A DNA stretch of 51,608 nt from Candidatus Prevotella stercoripullorum (lineage in GTDB: Bacteria; Bacteroidota; Bacteroidia; Bacteroidales; Bacteroidaceae). The stretch lies in contig DXGY01000179.1 in assembly GCA_019113725.1 (NCBI GenBank), forward strand, positions 1 to 51,608, read 5' to 3'. The notes below the pieces were generated by a model, which was not told the origin of the DNA, made no database searches, and saw only the letters and a program-made list of their open reading frames with translations. The translations under genes and the position numbers were made by a program. Positions 28,599 to 37,015 of this stretch are shown piece after piece; positions within the stretch are counted from its first letter, which is position 1, and each line of letters starts with the position of its first letter.

Positions 28599-31391
28599 TC
28601 AGTTTGTTTCGCGCATCTCGCCCGGCTGCACTCCGAAGTAGTCCTTGAAGCATTTTGAGAAATAAGAGGGAGACGAGAAACCAACGTCGTAAGATATTTC
28701 GGAGACGGTCATCTGCGTGGTCTTCAGCAGGCGTTCGGCCTTCTTCAGGCGCGTGACGCGTATTATTTCGACGGGCGACTGGCCCGTAAGCTGTTTCACC
28801 TTGCGGTACATCTGCACGCGGCTAAGCCCGAGGGTGGAGCTGATTGTCTCGACACTAAGGCTGGAGTCTGACATGCGCTCGCGCACCACGCGGCCGAAGT
28901 CGGCCATGAAGCGGCTGTCGGGGTCGGCCTCGTCCCTGGCCTCGTCGTCCGCGCCCGACGCGTAGACGTACTTCAACCGCTTGCGGTTCTCCAGGAGATT
29001 TCGCACGCGCGAGAGCAGCACTTTGCTCGAGAAGGGCTTTGTTATGTAAGCGTCGGCACCGCAGTCGTAGCCCTCTGCGCGCTGGTTTTCATGCGCGTTG
29101 GATGTCAGCAGGATTACCGGCACATGGCTCGTGGCCGTCTCCGCCTTGACGCGGCGGCACATCTCGAGGCCGTCCATGACGGGCATCATCACGTCGCACA
29201 CTATGAGGTCGGGCACGGTTTTCAGCGCCATGTCAAGACCTTCCTTGCCGTCGGCGGCCTGACGCACGTCATATTCGCCGCCAAACAACTGCGCAACGTA
29301 CTGGCGCACATCTGCGTTGTCATCGACAACAAGGACCAAAGGACGTGACGCCGACGTTCCGTCAGGCTCTGCAACATAGCCCAATCCTCCCGAAGTGAGG
29401 GTGCTTGACATGCCTTGACGGTTGCCTTCAAGACTTTCATCCACGTCTTCTATCCATGCCTTTCGCCGCTGAAGCATATCCGGCTCCCTCCCTTCGGGAG
29501 GGCTGGGGTGGGTGTCAGGTTGGTTGTTGTGGGTGTCGGGTGCCGTTGGCTGGGTGTTAGCCACCTCCTGCGGCAGCTCAACCTTGAACTCGGAGCCTTC
29601 GCCCTCGACGCTCTTCACCGACACGCGGCCGCCGTGAAGCTCGGCGAACGCCTTGACAACGGCAAGCCCCACGCCCGTGCCCGAGCCTCCGCCGCGCACG
29701 CGGTAGAACTTGTCGAACACGCGGTTTACCACATCCTTGGGTATGCCCACGCCCGTGTCGGCCACCGTTATTTCCACGTTGCCGCCCCGGCGGACAGCCT
29801 CAACCGTCACCGTTCCACCCTTGCGGTTGTATTTCAGGGCGTTGCTTATGAGGTTGTAGCATATTCGCTCCACCTTATAATAATCGGCCTTGACGGTCAG
29901 GTCGCCGTCGGCCTTCTGCACTATTGTCACCTCATACGACGCGGCCAGCGGCTTGAAGTCGTCCACCCACAGCCTTACCGCGTCGGCGAGGTTGAACTCC
30001 GTCACCGTCAAATCCATCTTGCCGCCCTGTATCTTGCGCAAATCCAGTATTTCGCCGACCAGCTTAAGCAGCAGCGCGGCATTGCGCCTTACTATGCCGA
30101 GCATGTGTCTCTGCCGCCCGGTAAGGTTCTCGTCGTCGAGAATACGCTCCACCGGGTCGGCAATCAGCGTCAGCGGAGTGCGCAGGTCGTGGCTCATGTC
30201 GGTGAAGAAGGCCATCTTCGCCTCCGCAGCCTCGCGCTCCATGCGCCGCCTTACCATAACCATGCGGTAGAAAGCGGCGAACGCCACCACGACAAGAACA
30301 AGTATGATGATGCACAGCAGGAAGTAAACCTTCTGGTGGCTGTACTGCGTAAAGAAGAAGTCAACGCGCCCGTTCAGCTTCTCCAGCTGGCCGCTGATGT
30401 GGCCCATCTCCTCCGCCTGCATCAGCATAGTCTCCGCGTTGTCCTTCGTTACGAGCGCGGCCTTCATGTAATTGTCGCGCTCATAGGACCTGCCTTCAAG
30501 TATGTCGAGAGCCAGCCGCATCACAAGGTCGCCGCGCGTAGGGTATATATACGACGCGTCGAGCACGCCGTCGCGCACCAGCTTGATGCCTCCGTCCTTG
30601 CCGGGAAGCGCGTCTATGCCTACAAAACGCATCCTTCCGGCCAGTCCGAGCCGCTTTGCCGCCTGCCATGCGCCGTGCGCCATGCGGTCGTTCTGCCCGA
30701 AAACGTAGTCGGGCACGATGCCTTTGGCAAACATCTTGGTTGCCACCTCGTCGCCGCTTTGCTGCAACCATGTACCGCTTTCGCTGGCAAGAAGGCGTAT
30801 GCCGGGATAGTTGCTTATGGCCGATACAAAACCGTTATGGCGCTCGATGGCCGGCGACGAGCCTTCAAGTCCGCGTATTTCAACGACCGTTCCCTTGCCT
30901 CCAAGGCGCGTGGCGATGTACTCTCCGATGGTACGTCCTATCTTTTCGTTGTCCGCTCCGATGAACGCCGTGTACTTGCCCGCGCCCGTCTTGCGGTCAA
31001 GAAGGATGACGGGTATGCCGCTGTCGTAGGCCCGGTCGATGGCAGGAGTTACCGTATTAATCTGGTTCGGGGAGACAATCAGCAGGTCAACGCCCTCATC
31101 CGTAAAGGTGTTTATTTGCCTTGTCTGCAACTTGTCGTCGTCATTCGCCGAAACGACACGCAGCGTCACGTTGTCGTGCAGGTACGTTGCATCGCGCAAC
31201 TCGCCGTTAAGCTTCTTGCGCCAGCTGTCCTCGCTACACTGCGAAACACCTATTACGTAGGTTTTCTTACTGTTGGAACAGGAAAGGATGAGGGATAAAA
31301 AGAAAATAAGAAACAGCCACGAAGCCCCTCCCAGCCTCCCCGTGAGGGGAGGAGTCAGGATAGCAGTGCAGATGTTTCTCACCTTCTTCAT
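28599..31391 (-). CDS. Hybrid two-component sensor/regulator with periplasmic sugar-binding domain (fructose-sensing BT1754-like)
   Basis: IGVSQCSED PBP domain, TM, SHDLRTPLTLI H-box, NLISNALKY and GTGVGL, VDDN...CDVMMP receiver, and AraC HTH (VGFSSPSYFSKCFK). Start chosen at MKKVRN. Confidence 0.95.
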   Translation of the reverse strand: MKKVRNICTAILTPPLTGRLGGASWLFLIFFLSLILSCSNSKKTYVIGVSQCSEDSWRKKLNGELRDATYLHDNVTLRVVSANDDDKLQTRQINTFTDEGVDLLIVSPNQINTVTPAIDRAYDSGIPVILLDRKTGAGKYTAFIGADNEKIGRTIGEYIATRLGGKGTVVEIRGLEGSSPAIERHNGFVSAISNYPGIRLLASESGTWLQQSGDEVATKMFAKGIVPDYVFGQNDRMAHGAWQAAKRLGLAGRMRFVGIDALPGKDGGIKLVRDGVLDASYIYPTRGDLVMRLALDILEGRSYERDNYMKAALVTKDNAETMLMQAEEMGHISGQLEKLNGRVDFFFTQYSHQKVYFLLCIIILVLVVVAFAAFYRMVMVRRRMEREAAEAKMAFFTDMSHDLRTPLTLIADPVERILDDENLTGRQRHMLGIVRRNAALLLKLVGEILDLRKIQGGKMDLTVTEFNLADAVRLWVDDFKPLAASYEVTIVQKADGDLTVKADYYKVERICYNLISNALKYNRKGGTVTVEAVRRGGNVEITVADTGVGIPKDVVNRVFDKFYRVRGGGSGTGVGLAVVKAFAELHGGRVSVKSVEGEGSEFKVELPQEVANTQPTAPDTHNNQPDTHPSPPEGREPDMLQRRKAWIEDVDESLEGNRQGMSSTLTSGGLGYVAEPDGTSASRPLVLVVDDNADVRQYVAQLFGGEYDVRQAADGKEGLDMALKTVPDLIVCDVMMPVMDGLEMCRRVKAETATSHVPVILLTSNAHENQRAEGYDCGADAYITKPFSSKVLLSRVRNLLENRKRLKYVYASGADDEARDEADPDSRFMADFGRVVRERMSDSSLSVETISSTLGLSRVQMYRKVKQLTGQSPVEIIRVTRLKKAERLLKTTQMTVSEISYDVGFSSPSYFSKCFKDYFGVQPGEMRETN
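29379..29515. repeat. Family H inverted pair lying in frame inside the HTCS linker
   Basis: cctcccgaagtgagggtgcttgacatgccttg closely matches the reverse complement of the intergenic copy near 49688-49719; the partner arm is ccctcccttcgggagggctggggtgggt. Confidence 0.75.
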
Positions 31392-31451
31392 ATATGTATA
31401 ACCTTGAATTACGGCCACGCTCCTCCCCTCGGGGAGGCCGGGAGGGGGCTT
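31322..31451. repeat. Family H inverted pair enclosing the HTCS start codon
   Basis: aagcccctcccagcctccccgtgaggggaggag (31322-31354) and ctcctcccctcggggaggccgggagggggctt (31420-31451). Confidence 0.8.
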
Positions 31452-31452
31452 A

Positions 31453-32943
31453 TTACTTGTCAAGCCGCCACACGCTGCCGTCCTTGGTGTCGTTCACCTC
31501 GAAGCCGGCGGCGGCCAGTTCGTCGCGTATGCGGTCGCTCGTAGCCCAGTCTTTGGCTGCCTTTGCCTTGGCGCGGAGGTCGAGCACCATGTCAACCACC
31601 TTTCCAAAGGCTTCCTCGCGCTCCTTGCTTCCGCCTGCGTCGGCCTCTTTCAGGCCGAGTATGTCGAGCGCGAAGAGGCGCATCGTGCCGTCAAGCTCTG
31701 CGAGGTCTGCGGCCGATATGTCGGCCTTGTGGTCGAGTATAATATTAATAAGGTGGCAAGCCTCGAAGAGGTTGCTTATCACAATGGGTGTCTGCATGTC
31801 GTCGTTCATCGCGTCGTAGCACTTCTGGCGCAGTGTGGAGACAGCCTCCTTCACCTGCGCGCTGCTCTCTTTCGCAGGTTTGATGCGCTTCAAGTCGCCG
31901 ATGCCTGTCATCAGGCGTGACAGTCCCTTCTCGCTGGCTTGCAGGGCTTCATCGGAGAAGTCCACCGTGCCGCGGTAGTGGGCGGAGAGTATGAAGAAGC
32001 GTATTGTCATGGGCGAGTAGGCCTTTGACAGGAGCTTGTGCTCTCCCTTGAAGAACTGCTCCAGCGTAATGAAGTTGCCGAGGCTCTTGCCCATCTTCTG
32101 CCCGTTGATGGTTATCATGTTGTTGTGCATCCAGTATTTCACCATCTGGCTGCCCTGCGATGCTACGGCCTGCGCTATTTCGCACTCGTGGTGGGGGAAG
32201 ACGAGGTCCATTCCTCCGCCGTGTATGTCGAAGTGGTCGCCCAGATACTTCCTGCCCATTGCCGTACACTCGCAGTGCCAGCCCGGGAAACCGTCGCTCC
32301 AGGGGCTGGGCCAGCGCATGATGTGCTCCGGCTGTGCCTTCTTCCACAGGGCGAAGTCGGCCTGGTTGCGCTTCTCTCCCACTCCGTCGAGCTGTCGGCT
32401 GGCATCCTTCACGTCGTCAAGGTTGCGGCCGGAGAGTATGCCGTAACGGTGGTCTTTGTTGTATTTCTCTGTGTCGAAGTATATGCTTCCGTTGCTCTCG
32501 TAGGCGTAACCGTTGTCGAGTATTTGCTTCACCAACTCTTCCTGCTCTATGATATGCCCCGTGGCGTGCGGCTCTATGCTGGGCGGCAGCACGTTGAGCG
32601 CGGCCATGGCGTCGTGGTATCGGTTGGTGTAATACTGCGCTATTTCCATCGGCTCAAGCTGTTCCAGCCGCGCCTTCTTCTCTATTTTGTCCTCGCCTTC
32701 GTCCGCGTCGTGCTCCAAGTGGCCCACGTCGGTGATGTTGCGTACGTACCTTACCTTGTAGCCAAGGTGCTTCAGGTAGCGGAAGAGCACGTCAAACGTT
32801 ATTGCGGGGCGTGCGTGCCCGAGGTGCGGGTCGCCGTAGACGGTAGGGCCGCAGACGTACATGCCCACGTTGGGGGCGTGCAGCGGCTCAAAGCGTTCCT
32901 TACTACGGGTCAGCGTATTGTAGATTAAAAAGTTCTGTTGCAT
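31453..32943 (-). CDS. cysS: Cysteine--tRNA ligase
   Basis: [12 protein letters not shown] (HIGH-like), DFALWK, PGWHCEC, HGGG.DL.FPHHE and KMGKS. Confidence 0.98.
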   Translation of the reverse strand: MQQNFLIYNTLTRSKERFEPLHAPNVGMYVCGPTVYGDPHLGHARPAITFDVLFRYLKHLGYKVRYVRNITDVGHLEHDADEGEDKIEKKARLEQLEPMEIAQYYTNRYHDAMAALNVLPPSIEPHATGHIIEQEELVKQILDNGYAYESNGSIYFDTEKYNKDHRYGILSGRNLDDVKDASRQLDGVGEKRNQADFALWKKAQPEHIMRWPSPWSDGFPGWHCECTAMGRKYLGDHFDIHGGGMDLVFPHHECEIAQAVASQGSQMVKYWMHNNMITINGQKMGKSLGNFITLEQFFKGEHKLLSKAYSPMTIRFFILSAHYRGTVDFSDEALQASEKGLSRLMTGIGDLKRIKPAKESSAQVKEAVSTLRQKCYDAMNDDMQTPIVISNLFEACHLINIILDHKADISAADLAELDGTMRLFALDILGLKEADAGGSKEREEAFGKVVDMVLDLRAKAKAAKDWATSDRIRDELAAAGFEVNDTKDGSVWRLDK

Positions 32944-33028
32944 GATGATTTAAATTTTGTTCAAGCCACAAAATTAGCACAAATCAGGCTAAATGCAAAA
33001 TAAATGGCGAAAAAGTTGTTTTCCAATT

Positions 33029-33310
33029 GACGGCCTTTTGCCTTCCAAAAGGCCATGAATTGCAAGCTAAAAGGCCGTCTTTTGCAAGCTAAAAGACGGC
33101 CTTTTACAAGCGCGTTGATTATCAAGCACTTAGCGAACGGCCTGCATCGCCGTTCTTATTGGGCTAATTTTGCCCATCGGGCTTATTGCATTTATAAGCC
33201 CAATGAGCCTGATTAGCCTAATAAGCCGTATGCGCCCGTGCTGCAAAGCATACCAATCTCCTCCCCTTGGGGAGGTCGGGAGGGGCTTCGGGGAGGTCGA
33301 GAGGGGGCTT
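33029..33310. repeat. Stack of three repeat families: Family A array plus head (33029-33132), 9-bp ATTGGGCT/AGCCYAAT inverted array (33155-33230) and Family H (33258-33310)
   Basis: Head AAGCGCGTTGATTATCAAGCACTTA; cttattgggctaa...aagcccaatgagcctgattagcctaataag; ctcctccccttggggaggtcgggaggggctt. Confidence 0.8.
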
Positions 33311-33318
33311 TTATGTGC

Positions 33319-35835
33319 CTACAAACCCACCTGTACACCCACTACCGCCTCCCTTGGGCGCAGCTCGTACCAGCCGGTTGACTGCATCACGCCGCTGTAA
33401 GTAGTCACTGCATAGCGGCGTTTTTCGAAGATGTTGCGCACGTCCAACGACAGGCGCACCTTCTTCATGCGCCACACCACGGAGGCGTCGGCCAGCAACG
33501 TGCTCACCGTTGCGCCCTGTTGCAGCTCGTTGCGGTAGTGCACGGCTGCGGCGGTGATGTCTACACGGCCTATTGTCTGCGTGTAGGCGAGGCTCTGTTT
33601 CCAGTCGAACAGGCTGTTTCCGCCCATTCCATCGGTCTTCATACGGTTCAAAGTAAAGGTTGCGCGGTAGGTGAACATGCCGAAACCCGGCGTGAACACC
33701 ACCTCGGGCGACGCCTGCCATGCGCCCGATGTGTAGCCCGTCACCCCGCCGCCAGACAACTGACTGCCTGCGCCGAAGGTGTATTGCAGGGCGAGTTTGG
33801 TCTTGAGGTGCAGACTGAAAAAGCCTTTCGACACCACGGCCTTGGCCGAAACGGCATCCTGCTGCCAGCCGCGCCTTACCGTCGTGAGCGTATATCGGCC
33901 GCCGTCAATCGACATGTCGGTCATCAGGTTGCCGTGGCTGTGGTTGTAACCGAGCGTCGCGCTCATAAACAAGTCCGCCACGGGGCGCTTGTAATTGTAC
34001 GCGGCGTTGGCGTAGAACGTGCCTGTGCGCGGCACCGTTCCGCTGTTTTCCACCAATGTGCGGTAGTCTCTCATGTAGCGGCTTACGGCGAAGTCGCCCC
34101 AGCCTCCTGTCTGCATGGAGTAGCCCGAGCCAACGTTCAACTCGCCGCGAAGGCCAGTCTTCAGCGTAACTTGCAGCGAAGGCGAAGCGTCAAGGTAATG
34201 TTCGCCGCGGTCGGTGAAAACCGTCCATTTCATCGGAACATCCATCCTGACTACCGTCCCCAACCGTTTGTACTGCCAGGAGGGCGCGGAGTGTACCGTC
34301 AGGCGCGTGTGGCGGCCTTGCAGGTTAAGGTGTTCGGCGGCGAGGCCGAGGTCGTATCGGTGGGTAAGGAAGCGTCGGTTGAGCGTCAGCCGGGCGTAGT
34401 TGTCGGTGTAATAGAGTATATTCGTGAGCTTCTGCCGCCGCCCGTCAACGGTCATTTCGTGCGGAGCGTAGTGGAAATCGACGTTTGAATACACCTGCCA
34501 CGAATGCCTTTCGCGGCTAAGCAGGCGCGTAAACGTGTTTTGCGCGTGCAGCTCGGGCAGCCTCACCCGTTGCCGTATGCCGCCTTCCCCGCCGCCGTCG
34601 ATGTGCGTAGAGCCGTCAGCCAGCGTGCCTTCTACAATAAAATACTCGTTGCCGTAAGCCCCGGCGGTGTTCGTATTGTGGTTGAAATCGGCGTAAATGC
34701 GGTCGCGCCGTATCGTAGAATTGGCGGTTTCATCGGTCGTTACAGGCTCTTTCCCGTCGAAATAGTAGGTCGATGTGTTGCCCGTCTGCTGCGTCTCGTC
34801 GGCGTGCAGGTAGCCTGCCGTCCACCGTTGTTCGTCGCCGGCCTTGGTCTTGCGCGTCTGTTTCACGGCAAAATTATACGAACTGTTGAAGCGCAGACGC
34901 TCCGCGTCGATGGGAGCGGCCAGCTGCGACGCGGCAAACCACTGCGGTGCTTGCACCCCTCCGCCGTAAGCCGCCACGCCGCCGGTAGCCAGGAGGGCGT
35001 CCGCCTGCGTCAAGTCGCGCCCCGAACGGTCGTACATGGCGGCATACATGCGCTGCCGCCGCTTGCCTATTTGCAGCGCGTCGGCTCCTCCCTGCGGTCT
35101 CGTGTCCTCCAATGGCGTGGCCGCTACCGCGCCGGGACGCAGCGTGAAGGCCCACTTGTCGCGCGCCTCGGGGCGCAGACGTATGTTCATCGCCACGTCG
35201 TCGGTGAACACCTTGCCCTGCAAAGCCTTTACGGGCTGGTCGTGCTCTATTACCTCCGCGCGGTCTACATCGCGCGCTTTAAGCAGCTCGTTGAGCTGGT
35301 TGTAGCGGCCTCCGGCAAGGTCAAGGTCTTCTATGGTAAACCGGGAGACGTCTTTTCCGTTAAAACTGACGGTTCCATCGTCGGAAACGTCTATGCCGGG
35401 CAGCTTCTTGAGTACGTCCTTCAGCGTGTTGTCGCTTGCCGAAACGTAACGTTTCAGGTCGAAGAAGGTCGTGTCTTGCCGTCCGAAAACGGGCATACCC
35501 TTCACCTGAACTTCTTTAAGTGCGAACGCCTTTGGCATCATTTTCACCACTATTTCGCGCCCATTCACCGCCGCCACGCGCTTTTTTGCATAGCCGAGGA
35601 ACGCCACTTGCAGGCTGTCGCCGCTCCGTGCAACCACAGAAAAACGCCCCTTTTCATCGGTCTTACCGAAACTTACCGTCCGTCCGCCGCGCGTCAGCGT
35701 CACCGCGGCGCCCTTCAACGGCTGCCGCGAGAGGCTGTCAACCACGCAACCCGTGACCTTTGTCTGCGCGAGAGAGGGCAAGGCGGACAGCGCAAATACA
35801 GCAACAACGAATAATATTCTTATCGGTCTCAACAT
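33319..35835 (-). CDS. Outer-membrane beta-barrel / TonB-dependent-receptor-like protein with N-terminal carboxypeptidase-regulatory-like domain (GLPGLI-associated)
   Basis: Signal peptide, TDEKGRF..FLGY, LKEVQVK, DVLKKLPGIDV..DG and a C-terminal LRPRE strand. Start chosen at MLRPIR. Confidence 0.8.
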   Translation of the reverse strand: MLRPIRILFVVAVFALSALPSLAQTKVTGCVVDSLSRQPLKGAAVTLTRGGRTVSFGKTDEKGRFSVVARSGDSLQVAFLGYAKKRVAAVNGREIVVKMMPKAFALKEVQVKGMPVFGRQDTTFFDLKRYVSASDNTLKDVLKKLPGIDVSDDGTVSFNGKDVSRFTIEDLDLAGGRYNQLNELLKARDVDRAEVIEHDQPVKALQGKVFTDDVAMNIRLRPEARDKWAFTLRPGAVAATPLEDTRPQGGADALQIGKRRQRMYAAMYDRSGRDLTQADALLATGGVAAYGGGVQAPQWFAASQLAAPIDAERLRFNSSYNFAVKQTRKTKAGDEQRWTAGYLHADETQQTGNTSTYYFDGKEPVTTDETANSTIRRDRIYADFNHNTNTAGAYGNEYFIVEGTLADGSTHIDGGGEGGIRQRVRLPELHAQNTFTRLLSRERHSWQVYSNVDFHYAPHEMTVDGRRQKLTNILYYTDNYARLTLNRRFLTHRYDLGLAAEHLNLQGRHTRLTVHSAPSWQYKRLGTVVRMDVPMKWTVFTDRGEHYLDASPSLQVTLKTGLRGELNVGSGYSMQTGGWGDFAVSRYMRDYRTLVENSGTVPRTGTFYANAAYNYKRPVADLFMSATLGYNHSHGNLMTDMSIDGGRYTLTTVRRGWQQDAVSAKAVVSKGFFSLHLKTKLALQYTFGAGSQLSGGGVTGYTSGAWQASPEVVFTPGFGMFTYRATFTLNRMKTDGMGGNSLFDWKQSLAYTQTIGRVDITAAAVHYRNELQQGATVSTLLADASVVWRMKKVRLSLDVRNIFEKRRYAVTTYSGVMQSTGWYELRPREAVVGVQVGL

Positions 35836-35855
35836 AATATGCCATGTTTTACATT

Positions 35856-36020
35856 CCAAAAGGCGGTCTTTCGCCGCCTAAAAGGCCACCTTTTGCAGGC
35901 CAAAAGGCGGCATTTTAGAACGACGTTGATTATCAAGCAGTTATGCGAAGGTGAGAAAGTGAGAGGTTGAGAAGGTGAGAAAGGAGGCTTGTCTGCTTGT
36001 CCCTTGTCTACTTGTCAACT
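35856..36020. repeat. Family A array plus head (35856-35943), a single GTGAGA arm (35947-35983) and CTTGTC repeats (35988-36020)
   Basis: Head AACGACGTTGATTATCAAGCAGTTA; gaaggtgagaaagtgagaggttgagaaggtgagaaag; cttgtctgcttgtcccttgtctacttgtcaact. Confidence 0.8.
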
Positions 36021-36850
36021 TCTATAGAGTTGTAAGGCACGCTTCTCGGTGCGGCCAACTCGTTGCCCTGCTTGTCACGGATTTGCACTTTTACGTTTGG
36101 GTTCGTGGTGATATACCCCACAGGGTCGGCGAAGTAGCGGCGGCGTATGCCTTCGAGCTGCTTGCGGCTGACGGCCTCGTACTTTCCACCTTTATAATAT
36201 ATAGGTTCAGGCGGAGCCACTTCCGACATGCCGACGGCATCGAAAACATAGTGCCGCGACGCGTCGTAGGCTCGCAGGATAAGGCCGGGCAGGCCGCCGA
36301 GCTTCCACGGCCCGGCGTCAAGGGGTATGTCTTCGGCATACCAGGCGTACCATGTGCGCCCCTTGTAATTCGTCACGGCCATGCTGCATTGATACCCGAG
36401 GATTACCGCCGAGCTGTCGGCCACGGGCTGCCAAAGGGGCGCGGCGTAGTCTTCGGTACACACAAAGCGGTCCATGCCAAACCTTTCAAGCAGCGCGGTC
36501 TTGCCTTCTGTGGGGTAATTCTTGTACAGCCGCCACTTAACCTGCCCTCCGCCGGAGTACGAGTTGCCGCCGTTCTTCATCACGACGGCGTTGGCCGAGT
36601 CGGCCTGATACGCCATTTGGCTGTAAAACAGCGACACGCGGTCGCCCAATTCGAGGCGCATCGTCTCCTTGACGGCTATGTCTGGTGCATTGACCGTGTC
36701 CTCAACCATGCGCAGGTCGTAGTAAACAATGTAACGGGCGGTGTCGCAAGGCTCGCCCGGTTCAAAGTCGGCGGCAGTGAAAACATCAATTTGCGCCTTG
36801 CCAAACGTGGCGGCAAGCAGCGCAAGCAATGATAACAAAAGTCTTTGCAT
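36008..36850 (-). CDS. GLPGLI family protein
   Basis: ILGYQC..A...YKGRTWYAWYAEDIP...GPWKLGGLPGLIL and a C-terminal YNSIE; signal peptide. Confidence 0.95.
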   Translation of the reverse strand: MQRLLLSLLALLAATFGKAQIDVFTAADFEPGEPCDTARYIVYYDLRMVEDTVNAPDIAVKETMRLELGDRVSLFYSQMAYQADSANAVVMKNGGNSYSGGGQVKWRLYKNYPTEGKTALLERFGMDRFVCTEDYAAPLWQPVADSSAVILGYQCSMAVTNYKGRTWYAWYAEDIPLDAGPWKLGGLPGLILRAYDASRHYVFDAVGMSEVAPPEPIYYKGGKYEAVSRKQLEGIRRRYFADPVGYITTNPNVKVQIRDKQGNELAAPRSVPYNSIEVDK

Positions 36851-36876
36851 AACGTAAAGTATTTATGGTTTTGCCG

Positions 36877-36991
36877 CAAAATTACAATATAAACGCCGAT
36901 GAAACCGTGCATTTCTATTACTCGCGTATTACTGAAAACATTACTAAAATATTATAAGATGTACGCACGTGCGCGGAATTTGCTACTTTTG
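36877..36991. promoter_or_regulatory. Divergent promoters with four ATTACT/ATTATA direct repeats (candidate OmpR/PhoB-type boxes)
   Basis: -7 elements TAATTTTG (- strand, 36877-36884) and TACTTTTG (+ strand, 36984-36991). Repeats start at 36917, 36928, 36940 and 36951. Confidence 0.65.
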
Positions 36992-37015
36992 CATACAGAA
37001 AAAGCATACTCGAAG

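Noticed and set aside
29415-31298. Long antisense ORFs (627 aa here; also 47734-49416, 11699-13036, 34504-35814 and many more)
   Set aside because: They are shadow frames opposite well-supported genes, expected from high GC3 codon bias, and they show no recognisable motifs.
31391-31463. Longer ORF-track starts (31463, 21863, 2921, 3819, 36899, 40106, 20052, 35859)
   Set aside because: The extensions run through repeats or promoter elements. Downstream ATGs give proper signal peptides or family N-termini.
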